Source: Pelagomonas calceolata (taxonomy: Eukaryota). From it: DNA of 64,000 nt. Both the position numbers and the translations under genes were made by a program. The stretch covers positions 1,178,001 through 1,242,000 of the forward strand of contig CAKKNE010000002.1 in the NCBI GenBank assembly GCA_918797485.1. The letters are read 5' to 3'. The notes beneath the pieces are model-generated. The model did not search any database, was not told where the DNA came from, and saw only the letters and a list, made by a program, of their open reading frames with translations. This document shows, piece by piece, positions 1 to 9,626 of this stretch. Every line of letters begins with the position of its first letter. Within the stretch, counting starts at the first letter, position 1.

Positions 1-1
1 C

Positions 2-922
2 GCCCTGTCGCTCGGCGCCTACGTCGTCATGGCCGCGACGTCGGCGACGCAGGCCGCCGCCGCGGCGCTGGCGTCCGATAGCATCGAGAAGGACGCGCGC
101 CAGAGAACCGCTCTAGCGGTAGTAGGCGGCGCCCGGGGCGCGGGCACCGTCGTCGCCGCCGCCGCGGGCTACTTTGTTTTGAGAAGGGACCTCGAGGACT
201 ATGCAATACCCTACGCGGCCTGCGCGGCCCTAGCGTTGATCGGGGCGGCGCTCGCGCGGGGCGCGTTGCCCGAGGACGCGCCTCCACAACAGACGGAGCG
301 CGACTGGCGCCGCGGCGCGCGGGCCCTCGTATCAAACTGCCACCGCGCGGCCGCGGCCCTCTCTATTACAACCGCGGCCTACTACGCCGGCTTCTCTATA
401 TTAAGCTCGTGGGGCATCTCGCAGCTCGGCCTCGCGCAGGCGACGCTGTCGCTCGTGGTGTTGGTCCAGTATGCGGGAATGGCCCTCGGCGCCCTCGCCG
501 CGAGTCTCGTCGGAGGCGCGATCGCCGTCGCGGGCGGCTTGGTCGCGACGGGCCTCGCGGCGCCGCGCGCACCTTTATTGGTCTGGGCGCTGCCGCCGAT
601 CGCGGGCGTGGGACTGGGCGCGGCGTCGACGGCGGCGTCGACTGAAGTCGGTATCGGCGTCGAGCAGGAAGACCAGGGCCAGGCCCAGGCCGTGCTATTG
701 CTACTGGGCTACGTCGGGGCGGCCCTGGGGTGCCTCCTGGGCCCCCGGCTCTACGCGCCGGAGGCATCGGTGTTGAGGGCGTCGCTTCCATTTTTGGTGG
801 GCGCGGGCGTGGCGGTGGCGACAGCGCTCGGTCTCATCGCCACGGCGCCTCGCTCAGCGGGACCGCTCGAGGAGACGCTCCTCGACGAAGACTCCGAGGA
901 GGCGGACCCGGGCGAAGTGTGA
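2..922 (+). CDS. MFS-like multi-pass membrane transporter, C-terminal part (5' end outside window)
   Basis: The frame is open from base 2 (ALSLGAYVVM...). It has many hydrophobic helices and the late-MFS-like segment 'VEQEDQGQAQAVLLLLGYVGAALGCLLG'. Confidence 0.6.
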   Translation, partial: ALSLGAYVVMAATSATQAAAAALASDSIEKDARQRTALAVVGGARGAGTVVAAAAGYFVLRRDLEDYAIPYAACAALALIGAALARGALPEDAPPQQTERDWRRGARALVSNCHRAAAALSITTAAYYAGFSILSSWGISQLGLAQATLSLVVLVQYAGMALGALAASLVGGAIAVAGGLVATGLAAPRAPLLVWALPPIAGVGLGAASTAASTEVGIGVEQEDQGQAQAVLLLLGYVGAALGCLLGPRLYAPEASVLRASLPFLVGAGVAVATALGLIATAPRSAGPLEETLLDEDSEEADPGEV

Positions 923-1007
923 CGATCCAGCGAGGCCTCCACGCCGTCGACGCGAGTCCCGGAAGAGAACTGTAAATAATTGTGTTTTTTCCTTAGGGAG
1001 GGAAGGG

Positions 1008-1084
1008 CCGAGTCCTGCAATAGCGGTGCGGTACCGAGTCCAGCAAATTGCGGTGCGGTACCGAGTCCTGCACGAGCGGTGCGA
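1008..1084. repeat. Three imperfect 26-27 bp tandem units (CCGAGTCCWGCA...GCGGTGCGGTA)
   Basis: Directly visible in the convergent gap between the MFS gene and RIB43A. Confidence 0.85.
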
Positions 1085-1086
1085 CC

Positions 1087-2193
1087 CTAACGATATGATT
1101 TCCCGAAGCCCGACAGCACGCCGCCCTCTTCGATGGCCCCGAACCGATCCTTGGCGATCGCCGCCTTGCGCTCCCGCTCCTCGATCATCATCTTCTGGAG
1201 GTGTTCCTGCACGTCCAACCGCTCCCGCAACTTCTCGTTCTGGGCGTGGTACTCGGCGGCAGCCACCAAGACGTTGACGTGGTCGCTCTCCGCTCTAAAC
1301 TGGGCCCCTTCGTCGAACTGCGACTCATTCACTTCTTTTCTGTACTTCTCGACGGCCTCGTTCTCTCCATAAATGCCGATGACCTGGGCCTTCGTCAATC
1401 CTCTATAATGGTCCGGCCGCACGCGGCCGTCCGCGAGGTACTCGCGCGCTTCGTTGAGCATCGGATCGTTGCGCATGCGTTCCATCTCGAGCGCGTTGCA
1501 CTCGGCGTCCAACACGGCGTCGTCCCATTCGCGCTGTTTTCTGTCCGCTACTTGGCGGTCTCTCGCCGCTCGCAGATCGAGTTGGACCTCGGCCTTGGCG
1601 CGTTTTTCTGCGGCTTCCACCTGAGCTCGTTGCTGGGAAACATGTCTTTCCCAGGCCGCAAATCTTCTGTCCTCTTCTTTCCCATCGTTCTTGTGGGCCT
1701 CCTTGAGGGCCATCTGTTCCAGACTCCAGGTCCGCATCTGGGCGTGCTGCCTTAACTTTCTCCGAGGCGCGCTTGGATCCTCCCCAACAAAGGTTTGTGC
1801 GGCGGCCTTGCCCGGTTCCAATTCGCTTGCGGACGCTAACTTGGGCAGGTCGTTCTTCGGTAAGGTGCTTCGCCGGTCCCAGTCCTGCTTGAGCGCTTGC
1901 AGCTCGGACTGCCTCTGTTCAAGGTCCGCCTGCCTTCTCTCTTCCACAATGAGTGAGACGCGCTCGGCCATGACGGCGTAGCGCTTGTCCAGTTCCCGCT
2001 CCTCGTCTCTTCGCGAATCGTTGTGCGCGATCTGGCGCGCCAGCGTCTCCACGGAGACATTGCGCCGCTTGCCCGAGTTAAAGCGCTTGGCGCGCTCGGC
2101 GTTCCGCGCCCGCCGCGCGTCGATGCGGTTTTGCTCCCTTTGGAGCGCCTCCACCTGCAGGGAGTGCACGGGGAACGCGGGAGCGTCGGCCAT
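1087..2193 (-). CDS. RIB43A: RIB43A-domain flagellar microtubule inner protein (RIBC-like)
   Basis: Coiled-coil protein with RIB43A-type motifs 'QTFVGED', 'RVRPDHYRGLTKAQ' and C-terminal 'FGKSYR'. Confidence 0.8.
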   Translation of the reverse strand: MADAPAFPVHSLQVEALQREQNRIDARRARNAERAKRFNSGKRRNVSVETLARQIAHNDSRRDEERELDKRYAVMAERVSLIVEERRQADLEQRQSELQALKQDWDRRSTLPKNDLPKLASASELEPGKAAAQTFVGEDPSAPRRKLRQHAQMRTWSLEQMALKEAHKNDGKEEDRRFAAWERHVSQQRAQVEAAEKRAKAEVQLDLRAARDRQVADRKQREWDDAVLDAECNALEMERMRNDPMLNEAREYLADGRVRPDHYRGLTKAQVIGIYGENEAVEKYRKEVNESQFDEGAQFRAESDHVNVLVAAAEYHAQNEKLRERLDVQEHLQKMMIEERERKAAIAKDRFGAIEEGGVLSGFGKSYR

Positions 2194-2415
2194 GGTGCTC
2201 TGCGTCGGCGGCGCGCGGGCAGCTGGTGTTGCCCCCGGCGCGTCGGCACGTTGTGGGCAGCCTGGCGGCGCGAGGAGGCAGCGGCGCCGATAACGCCAAG
2301 CCTCCGTTGTTAGCCAAGTTTGCCTAGAGAGTTGTGCTGCGTGCTGCTTGAAGATGGCTGTGGGCGGTTCGTGAGGCTTGCTGGTGGTCGTAGAAGCATA
2401 CGTGCAAATAACGTG

Positions 2416-2435
2416 CTAGCGTAATCGGACACTAG
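2416..2435 (+). promoter_or_regulatory. CTAG-bounded upstream motif, degenerate copy (CTAGCGTAATCGGACACTAG)
   Basis: In the divergent RIB43A / hydroxylase gap; shares the CTAGCG...GACACTAG ends with the other copies. Confidence 0.5.
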
Positions 2436-2634
2436 GAATCTCGCGCCAGCACAACAGTGGTTTTTGGGCAATCGCGACGTCAATTTTAGCCGTTTCACGC
2501 CGTGAACGCTCCAAGTGGACCTTCAGTGCCATAGCTCCGCAGCCCTGCCAGCAAACCGGACGTCTAGCGGCCCCCACATCGCACAGACAGCGCAGCTGCC
2601 AAACGCATTACGCCAGTCGGCGCGACACGGCAGG

Positions 2635-3564
2635 ATGGTCGTCGCCCCGCCCTCGCAAGCGTTGGACGCGCCAAACCTATTAGCAGCGGCGACGATGGTC
2701 GGCTTCCTCTACGTCGTCAAAATCGTTTCACAAATCGAGCGGCAGCAGACGGCCTGGAGCCCCTTCTGGCGCGACACCGCTGACGGAAGGGAGCCCATCT
2801 ATCGGAGGATGGTCGTGTTTGGTTCTTTAATAGCGCTGGGCATGGAAGCGCTGCAACACATCGTCGAGCAGGGCGTCAATTTTCATTTCCGGAGGAAAAA
2901 AGAGTCGAAGCCATTACCGCACAACCCGAACCAGCACCTGGACGAACTTGCGACGATCGATAAGGTCTTTATCGGGTGCAACAAGCTGTTAACTGTCTTC
3001 TTCGTCTACCACCTGACGCAAGCTTCATTGTTATTCCAGCACGTCAAGTGGGGTCTCGACGAGTTCACCTTCATGAACACGATCGGTGCTTTGATATTGT
3101 TCTTCTTCATCTACGACTTTGGGTACGCGACGTTCCACTGGATTCTGCACTGGCCCTCGTTATACCGATTGGTCCACATGCACCATCATAGACAGATTTC
3201 ACCAACAAGGGGAAATTATGATGCCATCAACGTGCACCCCTTCGAGTTTTTAGTTGGAGAGTACAACCACTTGTTTGTGGTCTGGCTCGTGCCGTGCCAC
3301 GCCGCTACCATACTCACGTTCCTGATCTGCGGTGGTGTACTAGCATCACTGAACCACACGCGCCTGGACCTCCAGATCCCGGGCTTCTACGACGTGCGGA
3401 ACCACGACGTGCACCACCGCTGGCCGCGGTCGAACTACGGCCAGTACACGATGTTCTGGGACCGCGTCTTCGGCTGGTACCGCGACTACGCGCCACCCCA
3501 TTTACCGAAGAAGCCGTCGTCCAACCAACTGGCGGCCGAAGCGAGCAAGGCCAAGGTGCCGTAA
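2635..3564 (+). CDS. Fatty acid hydroxylase / sterol desaturase family protein
   Basis: His boxes HWILH, HMHHH, LNH and HDVHH; 'NYGQYTMFWDRVFG'; TM segments; first ATG at 2635. Confidence 0.9.
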   Translation: MVVAPPSQALDAPNLLAAATMVGFLYVVKIVSQIERQQTAWSPFWRDTADGREPIYRRMVVFGSLIALGMEALQHIVEQGVNFHFRRKKESKPLPHNPNQHLDELATIDKVFIGCNKLLTVFFVYHLTQASLLFQHVKWGLDEFTFMNTIGALILFFFIYDFGYATFHWILHWPSLYRLVHMHHHRQISPTRGNYDAINVHPFEFLVGEYNHLFVVWLVPCHAATILTFLICGGVLASLNHTRLDLQIPGFYDVRNHDVHHRWPRSNYGQYTMFWDRVFGWYRDYAPPHLPKKPSSNQLAAEASKAKVP

Positions 3565-3588
3565 TATCTACTTTGTGTACTCATAGTC

Positions 3589-3641
3589 GTCCCGACGCCT
3601 CGTCGCGGCGAGTACTACTCGTAGTCCCGACGCCTCGTCGC
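3589..3641. repeat. 18-bp exact direct repeat GTCCCGACGCCTCGTCGC
   Basis: Copies at 3589-3606 and 3624-3641 in a convergent intergenic region. Confidence 0.8.
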
Positions 3642-3761
3642 AGCGACGGCGTGGGAAGTGACACGCGAGGGGGTCCGTGGTCGTACGCCAATGTGACGCC
3701 ATCGACGCGACCCTTTCGCTGGCCAGACTTCCGAGTCGGACTAGAACTTCGGACAATATTC

Positions 3762-4616
3762 TTAGTACGGCAGATCCGACGACGAGAGCGTCGGGGGGTT
3801 CTCCGCGGGCGCCGCGGGTGCTTCCTCCGCCGCCGCCTCGAAGGCGTCCGCGGCCGCGACGGCCGCGGCGGACAGCTCCTCCTCGTCCTCCTCCTCGAGC
3901 AGGATCGCGAGCTTCTCGCGCTCGTAGCCGAACTCGAGCTCGAGCGCCCGCCGTTTGGCCTCGTAGAGCCGCTCGACCTCGGCGAGGCGCTCGGCCTTCG
4001 TTCCAGTCATCGTCGGCGACGCCGTGGCAGCGGCCGGCGCCGCCGCCGCGGCCGGCGGCGCGGCACTCATTTGGGACGCCGCCGGCGCTGCACTAGCCTC
4101 GTTGGCCATTATTTTAGCATTCCAGTCGTCCACATCTAATTGAGGGTTTTCCGACTCCTCCGGCGGCGTATAGTTTTGCTCTTCACCGGTATTGAAGTTC
4201 GAGTAGTCGTTGGAATAGCGCGCACTCCTAAAATTAAAAGCGTCCTGCAATTCTTGCGCGGCGGCCTGGATCTCCTTGACCTCCTTGAACTCGAACGTTT
4301 CTCCGTCAAGAGTCGCTTGCCACTCGGCCGCGGACTTCGTGACGTACTCCCGCGCTTGGCCGACGACTTTCCCGATCTCTTTACTGAGCCGGTAGAGCTC
4401 CTCCGGTCCTAGTAAGAAATACCCAACAGCAGCTATAACTAAAACCTCGGGCGTGCCGACGCCGAGGACGCCGCCCTGATAAAACATGAGCGGCGCCGGG
4501 CCGCGTGCTGGTCGTGCTGGTCGTCGCGGCGGCGGCGCGGCTATCCTCCTGAATTGGGGCGGTCGTGCGAAGCCGTCCGCGCGCGCGACGAGCGCCAGCA
4601 GCAAAGCTGCAACCAT
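3762..4616 (-). CDS. tatB: Plastid Tat translocase subunit TatB/Hcf106 with bipartite targeting peptide
   Basis: Signal peptide MVAALLLALVARADG-F, an Arg/Pro transit region, then 'LGVGTPEVLVIAAVGYFLLGPEELYRLSKEIGK' (TatA/B TM plus amphipathic helix). Confidence 0.8.
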   Translation of the reverse strand: MVAALLLALVARADGFARPPQFRRIAAPPPRRPARPARGPAPLMFYQGGVLGVGTPEVLVIAAVGYFLLGPEELYRLSKEIGKVVGQAREYVTKSAAEWQATLDGETFEFKEVKEIQAAAQELQDAFNFRSARYSNDYSNFNTGEEQNYTPPEESENPQLDVDDWNAKIMANEASAAPAASQMSAAPPAAAAAPAAATASPTMTGTKAERLAEVERLYEAKRRALELEFGYEREKLAILLEEEDEEELSAAAVAAADAFEAAAEEAPAAPAENPPTLSSSDLPY

Positions 4617-4773
4617 GGGCAGGGCGTGCCTCCGGTGGCCCGGGCGAGTTGGCGACGAAACCGCCATGAAGAGATGCGGTTGTGTAGCTATTTCACCGTG
4701 TAAAGGGCGCGCGCAGGTATGAATGCGGCTCGCGCAGCACGGCAAAGCAAGACTGACAAGCTCTCCAAGCTTG

Positions 4774-4795
4774 CTAGTGCCTTACCGGCCGCTAG
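4774..4795 (-). promoter_or_regulatory. CTAG-bounded upstream motif (CTAGCGGCCGGTAAGGCACTAG on - strand)
   Basis: Two mismatches to consensus; divergent TatB / pLGIC gap. Confidence 0.65.
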
Positions 4796-5211
4796 TTAGA
4801 ACCGTGCGCGCACCGCTCGTGCGCCCACCAGGGCGGACGGGACGCAGTGCCCGTCGTGCGGAACGCTCCGTGCGGGTATGCATTCAAAACAGCGCTTGGG
4901 CCAGACTCTGGCTGTGGCAGCCTCACAGTGTGGTACATGAGCAGCGGAGCGCTCCTCGGTAGCACCGCGCCGCCACAGCAATATTACCAGGCCGTGCGCA
5001 CGCGCGGGGCAGGATCGGCCAGCTTGGGCAGCTGCACTGTGGACATACAGCAGGCAAGCGCAGCCTTGGTAGCACTACGCTGTCGCAGCGATCGCACCGG
5101 TCGTGCGCACGCGCGGGGCAGCTCTCCTGCAGATTGACGAACGCGCATCTGCGCAACTACTGGGCACCAGTGCCATATTCGCCGCACATCTCACAGCCGC
5201 GTAGCTGATCG

Positions 5212-6701
5212 ATGGCCAGCAAGGTGACACCCGTCGAGGAAGACCCGCCGCCGCAGTGGACTACGTTCGACGGCATCGATTGGTCCAAGCGCCCGGAGCC
5301 GGAGACGGACACGCACGTGCAAGTCGTGCTCCAGTTCAAGACTTGGGAGATCACAAAATTGGAGGGCAAGGAGAACCTGACCTGGAGTGGTGTGTTGGAG
5401 CTCTACTGGACCGACGCACGGCTCGACGGCTGCCCTAGGTCGCACAGTCTCCCCGAGAACATCTGGCGTCCTCGCATGACCGGTTCGGTGGGTTTCTCGC
5501 TCGGCGAGGCGGAGAAGGGCACGAAATTACCTACATTCAACGATTCAAGGAAGGAAAAAACACCGGACGGCGGCCGCATCTCGAACGGTAAATTGCAGCT
5601 CAAAGCGACCTTCGAACTGGGCAACGGTGGCTTAAATCTGAGCAACCACCTCAAACGCTTCCGAGCTTTTCCTTACGATAGCACCAGAGTGGATGTGATG
5701 GTCCAGTTCTACACGGGCCACGACGAAGAACCGGGCTCCACTGGTCTAGATTTGCAGTTTAATCGCCCGAACGTCAAGACCCGGCTCAAAGACGGGGCGT
5801 GTCAGCACATTGACTGGTTGGCGACGCGCCACTGCGACGACTTTGCGCTGAAAGCTGTCGGCTACGCTCTGGGAAGTAATCACGTGAACGTCTGGGGCAA
5901 CCCCGCGGGCTCGAGACCTTGTTTGATGTTGTCGCTACACATCGCGCGGACACCTGCGTTCTACGAGCAAAAAGGTATCCTTCCCTTGTACGCCGTCCTC
6001 GTCTTCGGGCTGCTGTGCTACTACGCCCTGGAGCCGACCGATTTACCCAGTCGCATCTCGATCATGGCGGCGCTCTTCCTGACGGTCTTCGCGATTCAGT
6101 GGATAGCTATTGAAAGATTGCCGCGGCTGCCGTTCTCGACTATTTTAGACACGGTCGCGCAGTGCGCCATCGGGGGGTTGATGATGATGCTGGTGGGCGC
6201 CTGTGTCGAAATCAAGCAGTGGGTCGCGCCATCGTCGCGTCGATCGCGCTCTTATTTCTAATTGGATTTCCCGTAGGTCGGCGCCTGTGCCTCGTACAAA
6301 TTTGCGGCGCCATCCAATGGGTTTTGTGCGCCGGGCGATTGCCCAGGGTTCAAGATGGAGCAGGCGCGGAGGGTCGATAGGTTGACGCTGATCGTGGTCC
6401 TGGTTTACGTCGTGGGCTACGCGTTCCTCTACGGATTGGTGTACCAATGCGCGAGCGTCTGTGCGGAAATCAAAGTTTTGCGGTCCACTTCCCACCTCAC
6501 TGGTTGGTTTCTGCGCAGATGAGCATCAACCGGCAATGCGGCTGCTTTCGGCCATGGACCCGAGGTAAGAGCATTGGGAACACGAGATTCGCTCCCCACG
6601 CGGGCACGGCGTGGCGGCTTCTCACGACGGAGAAGTGGGCAGAATTACACGAGAACAAATTCATGGGAGAAGGGACGCCTGTCGACGCGAAAACTTGGTA
6701 A
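5212..6701 (+). CDS. Pentameric ligand-gated ion channel (Cys-less, Pro-loop type); exons 5212-6192, 6277-6450, 6519-6701
   Basis: 'LYWTDARL', 'IWRP', 'FPYD', pre-M1 'IARTPAFY', M1-M3 with 'LPRLPFSTILD'. Removing intron 1 restores an M4-like 'ARRVDRLTLIVVLVY'. Confidence 0.85.
6193..6276 (+). mobile_element. Introner-type intron (84 nt)
   Basis: TSD GTGGGCGC (6193-6200) / GTCGGCGC (6277-6284); left TIR CTGTGTCGAAATCAA; decayed right end GATTTCCCGTAG; splicing keeps the frame. Confidence 0.8.
6451..6518 (+). mobile_element. Introner-type GC-AG intron (68 nt)
   Basis: TIRs CTGTGCGGAAATCAA (6459-6473) / TTGGTTTCTGCGCAG (6504-6518); decayed TSD GCGAGCGT / ATGAGCAT; splicing joins in frame to the 6519-6701 exon. 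Confidence 0.7.
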
Positions 6702-6726
6702 GTATTGTGTGTAGTTAACAACATCA

Positions 6727-8043
6727 CTAAACAAGAGAAGCGAGCAGAGCCTCCTCCAAGAGCCCCCGCCGCTTCAGGGCCGCGGCGATGGCGTGGCCCT
6801 CGACGTCGTGCTTCACGACGCGAAGGCCGCGGCCGTCGTCCACCGCTCGACTCACCGTCTCGCCGTCGCGCGGGAGCGGCTCGTCGACGTCGTCAGGGGA
6901 GTACGCCGCCACCGCGCGCGGCAGGTACGTCAGTTGCTGCAGGTCGTCGGCGTCGCGGCCGACGTGGATCGAAATACGAGCATCTGACGCGCCGACGGCG
7001 TTCACGATGTCGTCGCGCAGGCGCTCGCGCCTCGCGTCGTCAAAATCAACGCGGTCGCACGGCGCCGGAAAGTCCCTTAGGTCGATCTGCGGCACGAACG
7101 CGACGACCGCGTCGGCGTGCCGCGCGAATCTCAGCGCCGCCGTCCCGCCCATCGAGTCGCCCAACAAAACGACCTTTTGGTATGGCTTACAAAGCTCCGC
7201 GAGGGCAGCGTCCCACCACGCGCCGCCGTCGAAATGGCCGGTCATCGGATTCGAACAGTACCAGGTCTTCGCCGTGTCGAGGGCATGCGCGACGTTCGGA
7301 AAACCAGAGGCGCGCAAAACACCGCGCCACTCGGCGCGTAGGAGTCCGTGCCAGCCGAGCGACGAGAAGGCGACGACGAGCGTCGCGTCCTTGGGAGCCG
7401 CGGGCGCGATGAGCGGCGCGAGGCCGTCGGACGCGTGCCAGACCCGGCCGATCGCCGCGGCGGCGCGGGGGCCCGCCGCGGCGACGAAGCTCCGCGTGCC
7501 GAGGGGCGATTCGGGAAACCCCAGCCGCCGCAGCACCGGGGCCAGCGCGGAGGCCAGCGCGGAAGCGAGCGCCGAGGCCAAGCGCTCGTCGTCGCTTGCG
7601 CTGGGCGCGTCCGTCAGCCCGTCCCGTCGCGTCCCGTCGAGCGCGGCGCGGCGCGCGGCGAGCGTGGCCTCGCTTGTGATCACTGTGTCGAGCGCGTCGA
7701 GCGCGGCGTCGGCGTCGGCGCGCGATAGCAGTGCGAAGCGCCCCGACGCGGCGACCGCGGCGGCCGCCTCGTCGTCGCCGCGGGCCAAGGCCCGCGCCGC
7801 GTCGTCGCACGGCTTCGCGGCGAAGAAGCGCGTCGAGAGGGCCATAACGTCCTCGTCGGCTAGCGCTCGCAGTCTTGTCTTGTCGACGGGTGTTGAGTGT
7901 GGCACCTGGCGAATGACGTCGAGGCACGCGTCGACCGACGGATTGCATTGCAGCCTGTCGATTGCGTGCTGCAGGCGTGATTGACTCGTCGAGAGAGCGC
8001 GTACCGATGCCACCCACTGTAAGAGAATGCTGATGCGCAGCAT
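6727..8043 (-). CDS. Alpha/beta-hydrolase-fold protein with N-terminal signal-like peptide
   Basis: Nucleophile elbow 'VVLLGDSMGG' and late 'EGH'; likely start MLRISILLQWVASVRA. Confidence 0.65.
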   Translation of the reverse strand: MLRISILLQWVASVRALSTSQSRLQHAIDRLQCNPSVDACLDVIRQVPHSTPVDKTRLRALADEDVMALSTRFFAAKPCDDAARALARGDDEAAAAVAASGRFALLSRADADAALDALDTVITSEATLAARRAALDGTRRDGLTDAPSASDDERLASALASALASALAPVLRRLGFPESPLGTRSFVAAAGPRAAAAIGRVWHASDGLAPLIAPAAPKDATLVVAFSSLGWHGLLRAEWRGVLRASGFPNVAHALDTAKTWYCSNPMTGHFDGGAWWDAALAELCKPYQKVVLLGDSMGGTAALRFARHADAVVAFVPQIDLRDFPAPCDRVDFDDARRERLRDDIVNAVGASDARISIHVGRDADDLQQLTYLPRAVAAYSPDDVDEPLPRDGETVSRAVDDGRGLRVVKHDVEGHAIAAALKRRGLLEEALLASLV

Positions 8044-8400
8044 TGATAGCATCAATCCATGCTGCATTAATCGCAGTATCTTGCGTGCAAAACGCGCCGG
8101 CAATGGAGGAGCAGCAGTCACTGTGTTATTGCTGAGGGTCACACTGCACCCAGTGGTTCGCGGCAGAGATCCGACAAGGATCGCAGCACGAAGCAATGAT
8201 ACAATTAGACCAACTGGCGAGCAATGCGGCGCTGAGGGCTGGTTTTAGCCGCGTGCCAGACGATTGCAGTTTTTGCTCTCGGGTTTTGGGGACACGTCAA
8301 ACCGTGTATGCACGCCGTAGAGCTATCATCCGTCGTCTTAATTCAGTGCATGTAGTCTCTGGCGCTGTGCGAACCAGCCGCGGACAGATCGGTTGCAGCC

Positions 8401-9318
8401 ATGTCTCGTTTTGCTGCAGCAGTGCTGCTGCAATGCTGCACTGCAGCTGCGCTCGAAGCACCGCTACGTGCGCTGCGTGCAGGCCTCATCGATCGCACGA
8501 CCGCGACCGCACTCATGCGATCCGCAACGGTCCGATTCGACGCCGACGGCTGGGCCCGCGACGCCGCCCGGTCGCTGCGGGACGAGGGCTTCTGCGTCGT
8601 GCGCGCGGGCGGCGCGCAGATCTCGGACCGCGTGCTCGAGCGCTGTCGCACCGTTGCGTCCGCACGTCTCTGCGACTTGCTCGCGCGAGTTGGTCGACGC
8701 GGCGTCGAGCTGTGGCGGCGGGACGACAGTGGCCTGGCTGCAGACGGCGTCGGGGTGGACGCCGCCGCGGGCGCCGAGCCGTTCCGATATCTCGAGCTTG
8801 TGCATCGGGAAGGTACTGGCCGCTATGATATGCCACTGCCCTGGTGCGTCGACGGGCAGGCCGGCGACGTGAGCCTACCTGTGGCGGACGAGGCCGCGTT
8901 CGGAGAACTTCACGCCGCAATGGATGACGTCGCACGGCCGGTGGTCAGCGAGCTGTGGCCCGTGAGCGCCGAGATGAGAGCCGGCTGCGTCATCTCGGAG
9001 CCCGGCGCGTTGGCGCAGCCGTCGCACCGCGACGGGCCCGACGGCCTCGTGACCGTGTTCGCTCCCCTCACGGCCTTCGTGCCGCGGAACGGCCCGACGG
9101 AGCTCTCGCCCGCGACGCACCGCGGCGGCGACGACTCTTCGAGCTTGGCGCCCCTGCTGCAACCTGGTGACGTGCTCCTCTTCGACTACCGGTGCCTGCA
9201 CCGCGGCCTCGCGAACCAGGGCGATTTCCGACGAGAGGTCGCGTACGCGGTCTATTCGAGGCAGGGCGTGCGAGATATCCAGAACTTTCCGAGTGCCACG
9301 ACGCTGGAGTACGACTAG
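8401..9318 (+). CDS. Phytanoyl-CoA dioxygenase (PhyH) family 2OG-Fe(II) oxygenase
   Basis: 'QPSHRD', 'NGPTELSPATH', 'GDVLLFDYRCLHRGLAN', 'R..AYAVY'; signal-like N-terminus. Confidence 0.85.
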   Translation: MSRFAAAVLLQCCTAAALEAPLRALRAGLIDRTTATALMRSATVRFDADGWARDAARSLRDEGFCVVRAGGAQISDRVLERCRTVASARLCDLLARVGRRGVELWRRDDSGLAADGVGVDAAAGAEPFRYLELVHREGTGRYDMPLPWCVDGQAGDVSLPVADEAAFGELHAAMDDVARPVVSELWPVSAEMRAGCVISEPGALAQPSHRDGPDGLVTVFAPLTAFVPRNGPTELSPATHRGGDDSSSLAPLLQPGDVLLFDYRCLHRGLANQGDFRREVAYAVYSRQGVRDIQNFPSATTLEYD

Positions 9319-9424
9319 TGTGTTCGTTCGTTCGTTCGTTTCATTTTGTTGTTCGAGTGTGTGCTAAGTACAAATTAGCTACCCGTTGGTGTTGTATGGA
9401 GTACGTCTATGGGAATCGAGCTTG

Positions 9425-9446
9425 CTAATGTCTTACAAGCCGCTAG
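9425..9446 (-). promoter_or_regulatory. CTAG-bounded upstream motif (CTAGCGGCTTGTAAGACATTAG on - strand)
   Basis: About 180 bp upstream of the sulfotransferase ATG; two mismatches to consensus. Confidence 0.65.
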
Positions 9447-9626
9447 CTAATTCACGCCAGGCGCCGGCCGCGTCTTGTCGGGTCCTTACAAGCGCTGCAG
9501 AGCGTACGCATCATATTAGAGTAGCGCATCGCTGCCGCAGTTCAACTAAGTGCCAGCCGCGCAGCGCTAGTGCCGCAATAGGTTGCTGCGACCCTCGCTC
9601 TACGCCGTCGGCGCAGCGCTCCGAAG

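Noticed and set aside
1008..1084. Short repeats resembling a mini-CRISPR array
   Set aside because: The units are adjacent with no unique spacers, there are no cas genes, and the context is eukaryotic; it is a simple minisatellite.
6788..7984. 398-aa plus-strand ORF
   Set aside because: Ser/Ala/Arg-rich antisense shadow of the hydrolase gene.
9322..9340. (GTTC)n microsatellite after the PhyH stop
   Set aside because: Short simple repeat with no further structure.
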